Of a stretch of DNA of 64,000 nucleotides, positions 1-10,199 are shown piece by piece (positions within the stretch are counted from its first letter, which is position 1; the number at the start of each line of letters is the position of its first letter). This DNA comes from an uncultured Candidatus Rokubacteria bacterium (GTDB lineage: Bacteria; Methylomirabilota; Methylomirabilia; Rokubacteriales; CSP1-6), in contig CAWBMV010000021.1 of NCBI GenBank assembly GCA_963789955.1, positions 42,876 through 106,875 of the forward strand, written 5' to 3'. The notes beneath the pieces were generated by a model. The model saw only the letters and a program-made list of their open reading frames with translations. It searched no databases and had not been told where the DNA came from. Made by a program: the position numbers and the translations under genes.

Positions 1-1477
1 GCTCCAGCCACGGTGCCGCAAAGCCTGGCCGGGCCGTCAGCGCCATCAGGATCCGGTGGTGCGCAACGGCGCGCGCCAGGTGCGCGAGGATCTCCAACGA
101 GCTGGCGTCGGCCCAGTGCACGTTCTCGACCACCAGCACGAGCATGGCCGCGGCGCTGGCACGGACGAACACCTCGCACAGGAGATCGCGCGTCCGCTCC
201 TTCAGCTCGGCGGCGGAGACGCGCGTGAGGAACTCGGCCGGCGCGGAGACGCCGAGGAAGTGCGCGAGCAGCGTGAGGCGCTCCTCATCCTCGAGATCGA
301 GACGCGCGAGGCACTCCGCGCTGCGCGCGCGGATCTCGTCGGCGGCCATGCTCTCGGTCAGGTTCAGGTAGCGGCGAAGGAGCTCGAGAACCGGGCGATA
401 GGGAATCGTGCGGCCGTACGAGACACAGATCGTCTCCAGCTCGAGCACCATCGTGTCGTCGAGACCACGTAAGAACTCGTAGAGGAGGCGCGACTTCCCG
501 GCGCCGGGTTCGCCGACCAGATACACGACCGCGCCCTGCCCGTCGTCGGTGCGCTGGAAGACATCGACCAGGCGGCCCAGCTCCGCCGAGCGTCCCACGA
601 GCGGCGTCAGACTCCGCTCTCGGGAGACCTCGAGGCGCGTGAGTTGCTGGATAGCACCGGTCAAGGCCCAGGCCCGAACCGGCTCGGCCTTCCCTTTGAG
701 AGCGTGCTCGCCGAGGTCCTCGAATGTGAAGGATCGGCCACGAACACGCCGCGTGCCATCGCTGACGACGATCTGACCGGGGCCGGCCAGCGCCATGAGG
801 CGCGCAGCGAGGTTTGTCGTGTCTCCGACCGCGGTGTAATCCATCCGGAGGTCTGTGCCGATGGCGCCCACCACGACGAGACCCGTGTTGAGGCCCATGC
901 GCATGCGAAACTCCGCGCCGTGTGCGCGGCGGACGTCGTCGGTCAGGGGGATCAGCGCCCTCTGGATATCGAGGGCGGCGCGGAGCGCCCGATGAACGTG
1001 GTCCTCGTGCGCGATTGGCGCGCCGAAGAGCGCCATGACCCCGTCGCCGAGGAACTGGTTGATCGTGCCCTCATAGCGATGCACGGCGCGGAGGATCACC
1101 TCGAACGCGCGGTCCATGATGTGGTGGACTTCTTCGGGGTCCAGCCGCTCCGACATGCTGGTGAATCCCGTCACGTCGGCGAACATCACCGTGACGATCT
1201 TGCGCTCGCCCTCCAGGGCGGCGCGCGAGGTCAGGATCTTTTCGGCGAGATGCTTGGGGGTGTAGTCCTGGGGCGATGCGAAGCGGTCGGGCCGTGATGA
1301 CGACGGCTCGGCGACCCGGGGCGCGCCATCGAGCGGCGCGCCGCACTCGCCGCAGAACTTCTGCCCGGGCGGGTTGGGGGTCTGGCAGGCCGCGCACACA
1401 ACCTCGAGACGCGCGCCGCACTCACCACAGAACTTCTGGCCGGGCGGGTTCTCCTGACTGCAGCTCTGACACCTCAT
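1..1477 (-). CDS. Class III adenylate/guanylate cyclase-domain protein with N-terminal double zinc ribbon and AAA ATPase; runs off the left edge
   Basis: Own translation from ATG at 1477: MRCQSCSQENPPGQKFCGECG...CAACQTPNPPGQKFCGECG, then YTPKHLAEKILTSRAALEGERKIVTVMFADVTG, and a P-loop GEPGAGKS near 510. Absent from the ORF track because the stop lies outside the window. Confidence 0.9.
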   Translation of the reverse strand, partial: MRCQSCSQENPPGQKFCGECGARLEVVCAACQTPNPPGQKFCGECGAPLDGAPRVAEPSSSRPDRFASPQDYTPKHLAEKILTSRAALEGERKIVTVMFADVTGFTSMSERLDPEEVHHIMDRAFEVILRAVHRYEGTINQFLGDGVMALFGAPIAHEDHVHRALRAALDIQRALIPLTDDVRRAHGAEFRMRMGLNTGLVVVGAIGTDLRMDYTAVGDTTNLAARLMALAGPGQIVVSDGTRRVRGRSFTFEDLGEHALKGKAEPVRAWALTGAIQQLTRLEVSRERSLTPLVGRSAELGRLVDVFQRTDDGQGAVVYLVGEPGAGKSRLLYEFLRGLDDTMVLELETICVSYGRTIPYRPVLELLRRYLNLTESMAADEIRARSAECLARLDLEDEERLTLLAHFLGVSAPAEFLTRVSAAELKERTRDLLCEVFVRASAAAMLVLVVENVHWADASSLEILAHLARAVAHHRILMALTARPGFAAPWLE

Positions 1478-1544
1478 CAGCCGATGGCCAGAGTAAGCCT
1501 TCGGCGCGCCAGGAGGCAAGCGCGGAGGACGCTCCGGCGGCGCC

Positions 1545-2390
1545 CTAGCCCTTGACGGCGCCGGCCGTCAGGCCCGCGACGTAGTACTTCACGAAGAACG
1601 AATAGATGAGCGCGACGGGGATGGAGCCGAGCAGCGCGCCGGCCATCAGCTGGCCCCAGTAGAACGCATCACCGCGGATCAGCTCGCCCACGACGCCGAT
1701 CGGCACGGTGCGCACGTCGGAGCGGCTCAAGAACAGCAGCGCGTACAGGAACTCGTTCTGCGCCAGGGTGAACGCGAAGATGCCGGCCGAGATGAAGCCG
1801 GGCATGCAGAGCGGAAGGATCACGCGCGTCATCGCGCGCCACCGGCTGGCGCCGTCGATCAGCGCCTGCTCCTCGAGCTCCTTCGGCACGGTCTTGAAGT
1901 ACCCCATCAAGAGCCACGCGATGAAGGGCACGAGCAAGGTGGGATACGTCAGCATCACGGCGCTGAGCGTGTTGCCAAGCTTCATCCGTCCGATGAGATC
2001 GGCCATCGGGACGAACAGCAGCGACTGCGGAATCAGATAGGTCACCGCCACCGTGATGGCCAGGAGCGGCGCGCCGCGGAACCGCATGCGGGCCAGCGGG
2101 TACGCCAGCATGGTTCCGAGCAGCAGCGAGATGCCGGTCGCGACCACCGCCACCAGCATCGTGTTGCCGACCCACGTCAGGAAGTTGGTCTCCTGCAGCA
2201 GGCTGATGTAGTGGACGAGGGACGGATGTTGGATCGAAAGCGGATTGGCCTTGGGGTTGTAGAGCTCGGCGTTCGTCTTGAGCGAGGTCGCGGCCATCCA
2301 GGTGAACGGGAACAGCGCCACGACGAAGAACAGCGACAGCGGGACCCAAAGGCCCAGGAGCCGCTTGCGCCACGTCAGCTCGCCGACCAT
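1545..2390 (-). CDS. Carbohydrate ABC transporter permease (MalG-like)
   Basis: EAA-type motif (ELEEQALIDGAS), multiple TM segments, C-terminal GLTAGAVKG. Confidence 0.93.
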   Translation of the reverse strand: MVGELTWRKRLLGLWVPLSLFFVVALFPFTWMAATSLKTNAELYNPKANPLSIQHPSLVHYISLLQETNFLTWVGNTMLVAVVATGISLLLGTMLAYPLARMRFRGAPLLAITVAVTYLIPQSLLFVPMADLIGRMKLGNTLSAVMLTYPTLLVPFIAWLLMGYFKTVPKELEEQALIDGASRWRAMTRVILPLCMPGFISAGIFAFTLAQNEFLYALLFLSRSDVRTVPIGVVGELIRGDAFYWGQLMAGALLGSIPVALIYSFFVKYYVAGLTAGAVKG

Positions 2391-2391
2391 C

Positions 2392-3339
2392 TCAGTCCTT
2401 CCGCACGTAGTAGGTGAGCAGCACCAGCAGCAGGCCCAGCACCGGCACCATGCTGAGCGCCACCGCGGAGCCGAGCCCCATCTGGCCCGCGCCCATGCTG
2501 AGGCTGTAGGCGTAGGTGGCCATCAGGTGCGTCGAGTTAGCCGGGCCGCCGCCGGTGAGCACGTAGACCAGCTGGAAGTCGAAGAACGTCAGGATGACCG
2601 AGAACGTCGTGACGATCAAGATCACGGGCAAGAGCGACGGCAACGTGACGTGACGGAAGCGATCCCAGGTGCCCGCGCCATCGATCGTGGCCGACTCGTG
2701 CTGCTCGACGGGAATGGTCTGCAGGCCCGCCAGGATCGAGATGCCGAAAAATGGCAGGCCGCGCCACGTGTTGACGATGATGACCGAGATCATCGCCATG
2801 GTCGGCGAGCCGAGCCAGGACGGTCCGGTCTTCGCCAGCCCGCTCTCCACGAGCAGGCGGTTGAAGAGACCGAGGCCCGGGTCGTAGATCCACTGCCACG
2901 CGACGGTACTGAGCACGGTCGGCACGATGAACGGCAGCAGCAACAGGGCGCGGGTGATCGCCTTGAACTTGAAGTTCTGATTCATCACCAGCGCCATCCC
3001 GAGCCCACCGAGGGCTTTCAGCACGGTCGCGGCGCCGGTGAACTTGACCGTGTTGCCGACCGACTGCCAGAAGATCGGATCGTTCGCGAGCGTGACGAAG
3101 TTGCCGAGCCCCACGAAGATCGCGGGGCCCGTCACCTCTCGTCGGTAGAAGCTCAGGTACACGCCGTAGAAGAACGGGTAGCCCAGGAACAGCAGCAGGA
3201 AGAGGATCGGCGGCGTGAGGATGAGCCAGCTGAACACGGACTCCCGCTCCACGAATTCGCGGAGCCGGCCGAACCGGAGCGGCCGGTAGTCGCGCGCTTC
3301 GAGCGCGGGAGCCCGCGACGCCTCGACGGCTCTACCCAT
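2392..3339 (-). CDS. Carbohydrate ABC transporter permease (MalF-like)
   Basis: FVGLGNF, ESATIDGAGTWDRFRHVTLP and LTGGGP motifs. Confidence 0.93.
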   Translation of the reverse strand: MGRAVEASRAPALEARDYRPLRFGRLREFVERESVFSWLILTPPILFLLLFLGYPFFYGVYLSFYRREVTGPAIFVGLGNFVTLANDPIFWQSVGNTVKFTGAATVLKALGGLGMALVMNQNFKFKAITRALLLLPFIVPTVLSTVAWQWIYDPGLGLFNRLLVESGLAKTGPSWLGSPTMAMISVIIVNTWRGLPFFGISILAGLQTIPVEQHESATIDGAGTWDRFRHVTLPSLLPVILIVTTFSVILTFFDFQLVYVLTGGGPANSTHLMATYAYSLSMGAGQMGLGSAVALSMVPVLGLLLVLLTYYVRKD

Positions 3340-4633
3340 AGATCTGCTTGAGCTGCGTGACGGCCTCCGCGATGGCGTTCTTGGTCGGCGTGCCGGTGCA
3401 GGCCTTGGTGAACATGTCGATGACGATCCAGCGATTGATCACGGCACCGTGGGCGCGGTTGGCCGGCGCCGGCCACGAGGTGAGCTTGCCGGTCTCGAGC
3501 ACCTTCTGGAACGGCTTCACCCGCGGCTCGATGTCCCAGTCGGGGAACTTGTCGAACGCGTGCAGGTACGGGGCGAAGTACATGTCGCCGGAGGATATCC
3601 ACGGCCGGTACTGCTTGGGGTCCATGATCCAGCGCAGGAAGTCCTTGGCGGCCTGCGGATCGGGACCGTAGGCGAACACGCCGTGGGTCACGGGCACCAG
3701 CGCGTGGAAGCGACCGGCGGGGCCTTTGGGATTCAGCCCGTGGTCGATCACCTTGCCCATGTCCGGCAGGTCGCGCTTGGCCGACACCATGATGCTGTAG
3801 GCGTTGTTGGTGCACGAGATCTGGCTCGTCAGGAAGGCCTTGTTGTTGTGCGGGTCGAGCCAGCCGATGCAGTCCTCGATGCAGGCTTCCTTGTAGAGCC
3901 GCTTCACGTACTCGACGACCTTCACGGTCTCGCTGCTGTCGAGCGCGACCTTCTTGCCGGCCTTGTCCATGACGGTGACGCCGTGGGACCAGAGCAGCGG
4001 GTAGAGCCAGGAGTAATTGTCGGCGAAGCCGTGGCCCATCGACATGCCGAACGGATGGCCCTTGGCCTTGAGCTTGATGCCGGCTTCCAGGAACTCGTCC
4101 CAGGTATCGGGGAATTGCTTGATCCCGGCCTCGTCGAACCAGTCCTTGCGGTAGACCATCAGCTGCCCGATGTTCGCCTGAGGCACCGACTTCCACTTTC
4201 CGTTGTCCACGGACAAAAGCTTGATCTCGTCGTACCAGCCGCCTTGCTCCTTGCCCACCGCCTCGGCGATGTCGGAGACGTCCACCAGCGCGTCGCGATA
4301 GAGCCACTCTTGCTGCACCCAGGCCAGGTCGGCGCCGGACTTGTTCTCGACCATCGAGACGATCTGCGGCACGGCACTGCCGCCGGCGGCCTGGATCTGA
4401 TAGTCGATCTTGATACCGGTCGCCTTCTGATAGGCCGGGATCAGGACTTTCTGGAAGTGCTCGTCGAAGTTCTTCACGTAGGAGCTTTCGCGCGCGAACA
4501 CGATGGTCGTCGGCTTGGCCTCGACATTTCGGGAGATCCAGGGAGCCCCGATGACACCTGCGGCGCCAGCGGCCCCGGCGGCGAGCTTCAGGAACTCACG
4601 ACGGCCGGTCTTGGACTTTGCGGGTTTCGCCAT
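3332..4633 (-). CDS. ABC transporter substrate-binding protein (sugar family) with Tat signal
   Basis: GRREFLK twin-arginine signal; FPDTWDEF and YRKDWF motifs; operon with two permeases. Confidence 0.92.
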   Translation of the reverse strand: MAKPAKSKTGRREFLKLAAGAAGAAGVIGAPWISRNVEAKPTTIVFARESSYVKNFDEHFQKVLIPAYQKATGIKIDYQIQAAGGSAVPQIVSMVENKSGADLAWVQQEWLYRDALVDVSDIAEAVGKEQGGWYDEIKLLSVDNGKWKSVPQANIGQLMVYRKDWFDEAGIKQFPDTWDEFLEAGIKLKAKGHPFGMSMGHGFADNYSWLYPLLWSHGVTVMDKAGKKVALDSSETVKVVEYVKRLYKEACIEDCIGWLDPHNNKAFLTSQISCTNNAYSIMVSAKRDLPDMGKVIDHGLNPKGPAGRFHALVPVTHGVFAYGPDPQAAKDFLRWIMDPKQYRPWISSGDMYFAPYLHAFDKFPDWDIEPRVKPFQKVLETGKLTSWPAPANRAHGAVINRWIVIDMFTKACTGTPTKNAIAEAVTQLKQIYG

Positions 4634-4853
4634 GCCTTTTCCCCTTATGTGTGAGGCCAGTTCGCATCACGCGGGCCCCGGAATGCTCTCTGGAGCCGCA
4701 ACCGCCCGGCGCGGTCGGGCTACCGGCTGCTACAACGCTTGATCGTGCGCCCTGGACCGACGGATCGTCAAGTATCGCATGGTGAAACGGACGGGCGGGG
4801 GCCGACGTTCCCTGGGCCTGGACCCTCCCGGCGACCACGTATAATCCCGCCGG

Positions 4854-5672
4854 GTGAACTCGACGGGTGACGACCGCGCCGCATCACGTCCGCGCCAGGC
4901 GCTGCGCTCGCTGGCGGTGATCGGCGCGATGGCGGTGATCTGGGAAGCCGCCAAGGCCCTCTTCGCGCTGCCCAGCTACCAGCTTCCCCATCTGCACGAG
5001 ATCGCGGCGGACTTTCTGCGCGAAGGCGCGGGCGGCGAGCGCTGGTTCTGGATCATGACCCAGAATGCGGCGTACACGGCGCTCGAGAGCCTCATCGGCT
5101 TCGCGCTGGGCGGGATCACCGGCCTCGTTCTCGCCGTCGCCTTCGCGCACTCGCGATGGCTCGAACGCGGCCTCCTGCCCTACGTGGTCGCCTCGCAGAC
5201 GGTTCCGATTCTCGCGATCGCGCCGATGATCGTCGTCTGGCTCGGGACGTCGTGGTTCTCGAAGGCGGTGATCGCGGCGTACCTGACCTTCTTCCCGGTG
5301 ACCGTCAACATGTCGCGCGGGCTCCGGGCCGTCGATGCCGACGCCCTCGCCCTCATGCGCGCGCTGTCGGCGAGCTCCCGGCAGATCTTCTTCAAGCTCC
5401 GGTTCCCGGCCTCGCTGCCGTACTTGTTCACGGCGCTGCGCATCTCGGCCACCGCCAGCGTCATCGGCGCCATCGTGGGCGAGCTGCCGGTGGGCAGTCG
5501 CTACGGCATGGGCGTCGTGATCATCAACGCCGCCCAGTACTACAACTGGCGCCCGGCCAATCTCTGGGCCGCCATCCTCGTCTCCGCGGTGATCGGGATC
5601 CTCTTCTATCACGCCGTCGCCGCCGTCGAGCGGCGCGTCGTGAGCTGGTCGCGCACCGCGCCGGCGATCTAG
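4854..5672 (+). CDS. NitT/TauT-family ABC transporter permease
   Basis: SQTVPILAIAP, FFPVTVN, KLRFPASLPYLFTALRIS, IGAIVGE. Confidence 0.9.
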   Translation: MNSTGDDRAASRPRQALRSLAVIGAMAVIWEAAKALFALPSYQLPHLHEIAADFLREGAGGERWFWIMTQNAAYTALESLIGFALGGITGLVLAVAFAHSRWLERGLLPYVVASQTVPILAIAPMIVVWLGTSWFSKAVIAAYLTFFPVTVNMSRGLRAVDADALALMRALSASSRQIFFKLRFPASLPYLFTALRISATASVIGAIVGELPVGSRYGMGVVIINAAQYYNWRPANLWAAILVSAVIGILFYHAVAAVERRVVSWSRTAPAI

Positions 5673-5679
5673 ACGATCG

Positions 5680-6470
5680 TTGGCCTCGCCGATCATCGCG
5701 CTCGACGGCGTCGCCAAGACGTTCGAGAGCCGCGCCGGCGCCACCGAGGCGCTCCGGGCGGTCTCGCTCGCCGTCGACGCCGGCGAGTTCGTCTCGATCA
5801 TCGGCCCCTCGGGGTGCGGCAAGTCGTCGCTGCTGCGCATCGTCGGCGATCTCGTCGAGCCCTCGGCCGGGACGGTGCGCGTGAACGGCAAGAGCGCGCG
5901 GCAGGCCCGTCTCGACCGCGACTACGGGATCGTGTTCCAGACGCCGGTGCTCTACGAGTGGCGCACCGTGCTGGAGAACGTGCGGCTGCCGCTCGAGCTG
6001 GCGGGCCGGCCGCGCTCCGAGCGCGAGCAGCGGCCGCGCGCGCTCCTGCGCCTGGTCGGCCTCGAGGAGTTCGCCGGTCACTACCCCTGGCAGCTCTCGG
6101 GCGGCATGCAGCAGCGCGTGTCGATCGCCCGCGCGCTCGCCCTGAACCCGTCGATCCTGCTGATGGACGAGCCGTTCGGCGCGCTCGACGAGATGACCCG
6201 CGAGCGGCTCAACCAGGAGCTGCTGCAGGTCTGCACCGAGACGGCCGCGACCGTGCTCTTCGTCACGCACAGCATCGCGGAGGCGGTCTTCCTGTCGAGC
6301 CGGATCGTGGTGATGAGCCCGCGTCCGGGCCGCATCGATCGCGTCGTGACGGTCGACCTGCCGCGCCCGCGCGTCGACAAGACCCGCGCGCTCCCGCGGT
6401 TCTTCGAGCTGGTGACCGAGGTCCGCCAGAGCCTGCGCGAGGATCCGGGGCTCGCCGGCGAGCCGCCGCG
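5680..6470 (+). CDS. NitT/TauT-family ABC transporter ATP-binding protein (end approximate)
   Basis: Walker A GPSGCGKS, LSGGMQQR signature, LLMDEPFGALD. Read-through into the next permease is probably an indel artefact. Confidence 0.88.
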
Positions 6471-6489
6471 CCCGGACGGGTCGGGCTGC

Positions 6490-7258
6490 GCGAGCTCGCA
6501 TGGGCTCGTGCGCGAATACGTGCCGGCGGCGCTCGTGCTCGTGGCGGGCCTGCTCCTGTGGGAGGCGGTCGTCTACGTGTTCTCGATCGAGTTCTATCTG
6601 CTGCCGGCGCCCCACGTGATCGTGCAGAGCCTGCGCGAGACCTATCCCGTCCTCGTCGAGGCGGGACTCTACACGTTCACCGAGGCCGTGCCTCGGCTAC
6701 GCGCTCGGTTGCGGCGGAGGGATCCTCGCGGCCATGGCGGCCAGCCGTCGCCGGGCTTCGCCGACCTCGTCCTGCCGTACGCGGTGGCGTCGGCGTCGGT
6801 GCCCGATCATCGCCCTGGCCCCGCTGGCCATCGTGTGGTTCGGCGTCGAGCAGGGCTCGAAGATCGCGATCGTCATGCTGATGACGTTCTTTCCGACGTT
6901 CGTCAGCACGCTCCGTGGGCTCTCAGCGTGACGCCTCAGTCGCTCGAGCTGATGCGCAGCTATGCGGCGACCGAGCGGCAGATCTTCCTGAAGCTTCGGC
7001 TCCCGCACAGCTTGCCGATGGTGTTCACCGCCCTGCGCGCCTGCGCGACGCTGGCGATGATCGGCGCGGTCGTGAGCGAGTTCTTCGGGGGGCCCGTGAA
7101 ATCGCTCGGCGTCTACATCAAGAGCACGGCCAGCCTCTTCCAGACGCGGCAGGCCTGGTCGGCGATCCTGGTTGCGTGCGCCCTGGGACTCGCTGTTCTA
7201 CTTCGCGGTGGCGCTGGTCGAGCGCCTGACCATGCCGTGGCAGCTTCGAGCGACGTGA
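6490..7258 (+). CDS. Second NitT/TauT-family ABC permease, frameshifted (start approximate)
   Basis: LLPAPHVI, PIIALAPLAIVWFG and IFLKLRLPHSLP...AVVSEFFG segments in alternating frames; TGA at 7256-7258. Confidence 0.75.
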
Positions 7259-7285
7259 ACGCTGAACCGAGGAGGGACGCACTCC

Positions 7286-8295
7286 ATGGCGAAGAGACTG
7301 GCTCCTGGTGTCGATCGTGGCCGCGCTGCTCGCGGTCGCCATGCTGCCCGAGCACGGTCTGACCCAGGCCGGCGACAAGGTCACGCTCCAGCTCAAGTGG
7401 GTGACCCAGGCTCAGTTCGCCGGCTACTACGCCGCGAAGGCCAAGGGCCTCTACGCCGCCGAAAAGCTCGACGTGACCATCCGCCCCGGCGGGCCGGATA
7501 TCGTGCCCGAGCAGGTCGTGGCCGGGGGCGGCGCGCAGTTCGGCATCGACTGGCTGCCGAGCCTGCTCTCCGCTCGCGACCAGGGCGCGCCACTCGTCAA
7601 CATCGCCCAGGTCTTCGCCTACAGCGGCATGCGCGAGATCGCCTTCAAGTCCTCCGGCATCAAGGGCGCCGCCGACCTGAAGGGCCGGAACGTCGCCGTC
7701 TGGTTCGGCGGCAACGAGTTCGAGCTGCTCGCCACGCTCGACAAGTACAAGATCGACCGGAACAAGGACGTGACCCTGATCCAGCAGCCGTTCGACATGA
7801 ACCTGCTGCTCCAGAAGAAGGTCGACGCCGCGGCGGCCATGACCTACAACGAGTACAAGCAGGTGCTGGACGCCGGCGTGAAGGCCGACGACCTCGTGGT
7901 CATCGACTTCAACAAGGAAGGCACGGCGATGCTCGAGGACGGCGATCTTCGCCAAGGCCGACTGGATCGCGGATGCCAAGAACAAGGACATCGCCGCTCG
8001 CTTCCTGCGCGCGTCCCTCAAGGGCTGGGAGCTCTGCAGGGACAAGCCCGCCGAGTGCGTGGAGATCGTGCTGAAGGAGAGCCCCGTGCTCGGCCGCGAC
8101 CATCAGACCTGGATGATGGCCGAGATCAACAAGCTCATCTGGGGGCCGCCGGCGCCCAAGAGCCCGCTCGGCAAGATGGATCCGGCGGCGTTCAAGCAGA
8201 CGGCCGAGATCGCGTTGAAGTTCGGCGTGATCAAGAAGCCCGCCGGTGACGGCGCCTACACCCACGAGATCTGGGAGCTGGCGCAGAAGAAATGA
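7286..8295 (+). CDS. NMT1/THI5-like ABC substrate-binding protein, frameshifted near 7300 and 7945
   Basis: VTLQLKWVTQAQFAGYYAA motif and AMTYNEY; C-terminus continues in another frame to ...IWELAQKK; GGAGG RBS before 7286. Confidence 0.85.
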
Positions 8296-10199
8296 GCGCT
8301 CACGCGCCCGACTTCAGTCGCGCCGGCGGAATCCACGAAGTCGACGTCGGCGTGATCGACGCCGGCGAGCGTGCGATAGCCCGGACCGCGATCGAAGAAC
8401 GGCAGGCGGCCGCGGGCGACGCGTAGCCGCTCGCGGAGCGCGCGGGTCGCGTCGGCATCCACTCGCGGGGCGGCCGCGGGCGACGAGCCTTCGGAGCCCG
8501 CGAGCACCACGCCGTATGTCGTCGCGCGCCGCTCGGGCGCTGATCTTTCCCTCGAGCATGTCCAGCGCGACCAGCTCCGGCTCGCGCTCGAGCGGATCGC
8601 CCCACCCGCCGCCGCCCGTCGTCTCGACGCGCACGAGCGTGCCGGCCGGGATCGGCTCGTCGTCGACGAGCCCGGGCAGCACGCGCTCGTTCGGACCGCC
8701 GGGATCGACCGTGACGCGGAACGGCGCGCCCGCCTTGCCGCCCGCGCAGGCCCCAGCACGAGAGGATCGCGCGGTCGGCGACGCACAGAAACGCGCTGTC
8801 GCGCAGCGCGCGGAACTCCTTGAGGTAGCCGAGCCCGCCGCGGCGGATGCCCGGCGCCGCCCGAGTCGGTCGCGAGCGCGAGCCGCTCGATCACGAGCGG
8901 AAACCGCGTCTCGGTGAACTCGACGGGCAGGTTCTTGCTGTCGGGGACGACGTGGATCGTGTCGGAGCCGTCGGCGTAGTAGCGCCCGCCCGAGCCGCCG
9001 CCCAGCACCTCGCGCATGAGATAGAACTGCCCGTCGGCGTCGGCCCCGTGGAAGCCGGTGTAGCGGATCGTCTCCTGGTCGGCGGGCATGCGCCCGCCGA
9101 CCGCCTTGGCGATGACACCGGCCAGGATGCCGAGCAGCCGCAGGATGACGAACGTGCGCGCGTTGGTCGGCGCCGGGAACACCGGGCGTGAGCAAGGTGC
9201 CCGGCGGTGGGAACTCGCAGCTCGATCAGCGGAACGACGCCCTCGTTGACGTCGAGCTCGGCCATGCGCTCGGGCGTGTCGGCCAGATTCCTCAGGATCG
9301 GCGCCAGCCACTTCTTGAGGAACACGCCGTCGGCGTAGTCGCCGGCGTGGTTGATCGGACCCTTCGCCTGCGGGCTGGTGCCGGCGAAGTCGATGATCAA
9401 GCGGTCGTCGCGCTTGGTGAGCGTCATTCGCTGCGTGTGCAGGCGCGGCGGATCGACGCCGTCGTGCTCGGCGTAGTCTTCCCACACGTACGTGCCGTCG
9501 GGGATCTTGGCCAGGAGCTCGCGCCGGAACGTCTCGGTGGTCCGCTCGAGGATCGCGTCGAAGCACGCCTCGACGTGCTCCCGGCCGTAGCGGCGGAAGA
9601 GATCGCCCAGCCGCTCGGCGCCCATGCGGCACGCCGCGACTTCGCTGTCGAGATCGCCGCGCAGGCTGTCGGGCAGCCGCGAGTTCCGCACCATGACCTT
9701 GATGAGGTCGTCGTTCGGCACGCCGGCCTGGTAGAGCCGCACGGGCGGGACGATCAGCCCCTCCTGGTAGGCGCTGGTCGCGTGCGAGGGCATCGAGCCG
9801 GGCACCGCGCCTCCGATGTCGTCGTGATGGCCGAACGCCTGGACGAACGCGACCACGATCCCGTCGGCGAACACCGGCACGGTCACGCACAGATCGGGCA
9901 GGTGCCCGATCCCGCCCTCGGAGCCGTAGACGTCGTTGTGGAAGAAGACGTCACCGGAGCCGCATCGTCTCGAGCGGGAAATCGCGCACGATCGGCTGGA
10001 CGAGCGCGGAGTACGAGCGGCCGGTGAGCTTGCGGCACTGCCGGTCGTGGATGCCGGCGCGGAAGTCGCGCGCCTCGCGGATCATCGGCGAGCGCGACGT
10101 GCGCTCGATCGCGGCCTCGACCTCGGCCTCGACCGACGCGAGCGTGCCCTCGACGATCTGGAGGACGATCGGGTCGATCGCAGGCTCGACGCTGTTCAC
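8256..10199 (-). CDS. Hydantoinase B/oxoprolinase family subunit, multiple frameshifts
   Basis: IDPIVLQIVEG, RSPMIREARDF, GHHDDIGGAVPGSM, NLPVEFTETRFP, DSGGAG, TTGGGGWGDP spread over three frames. Confidence 0.88.

Noticed and set aside
5680..7362. ABC ATPase-permease fusion (560-aa ORF)
   Set aside because: The region is riddled with indels, so the fusion is most simply an artefact.
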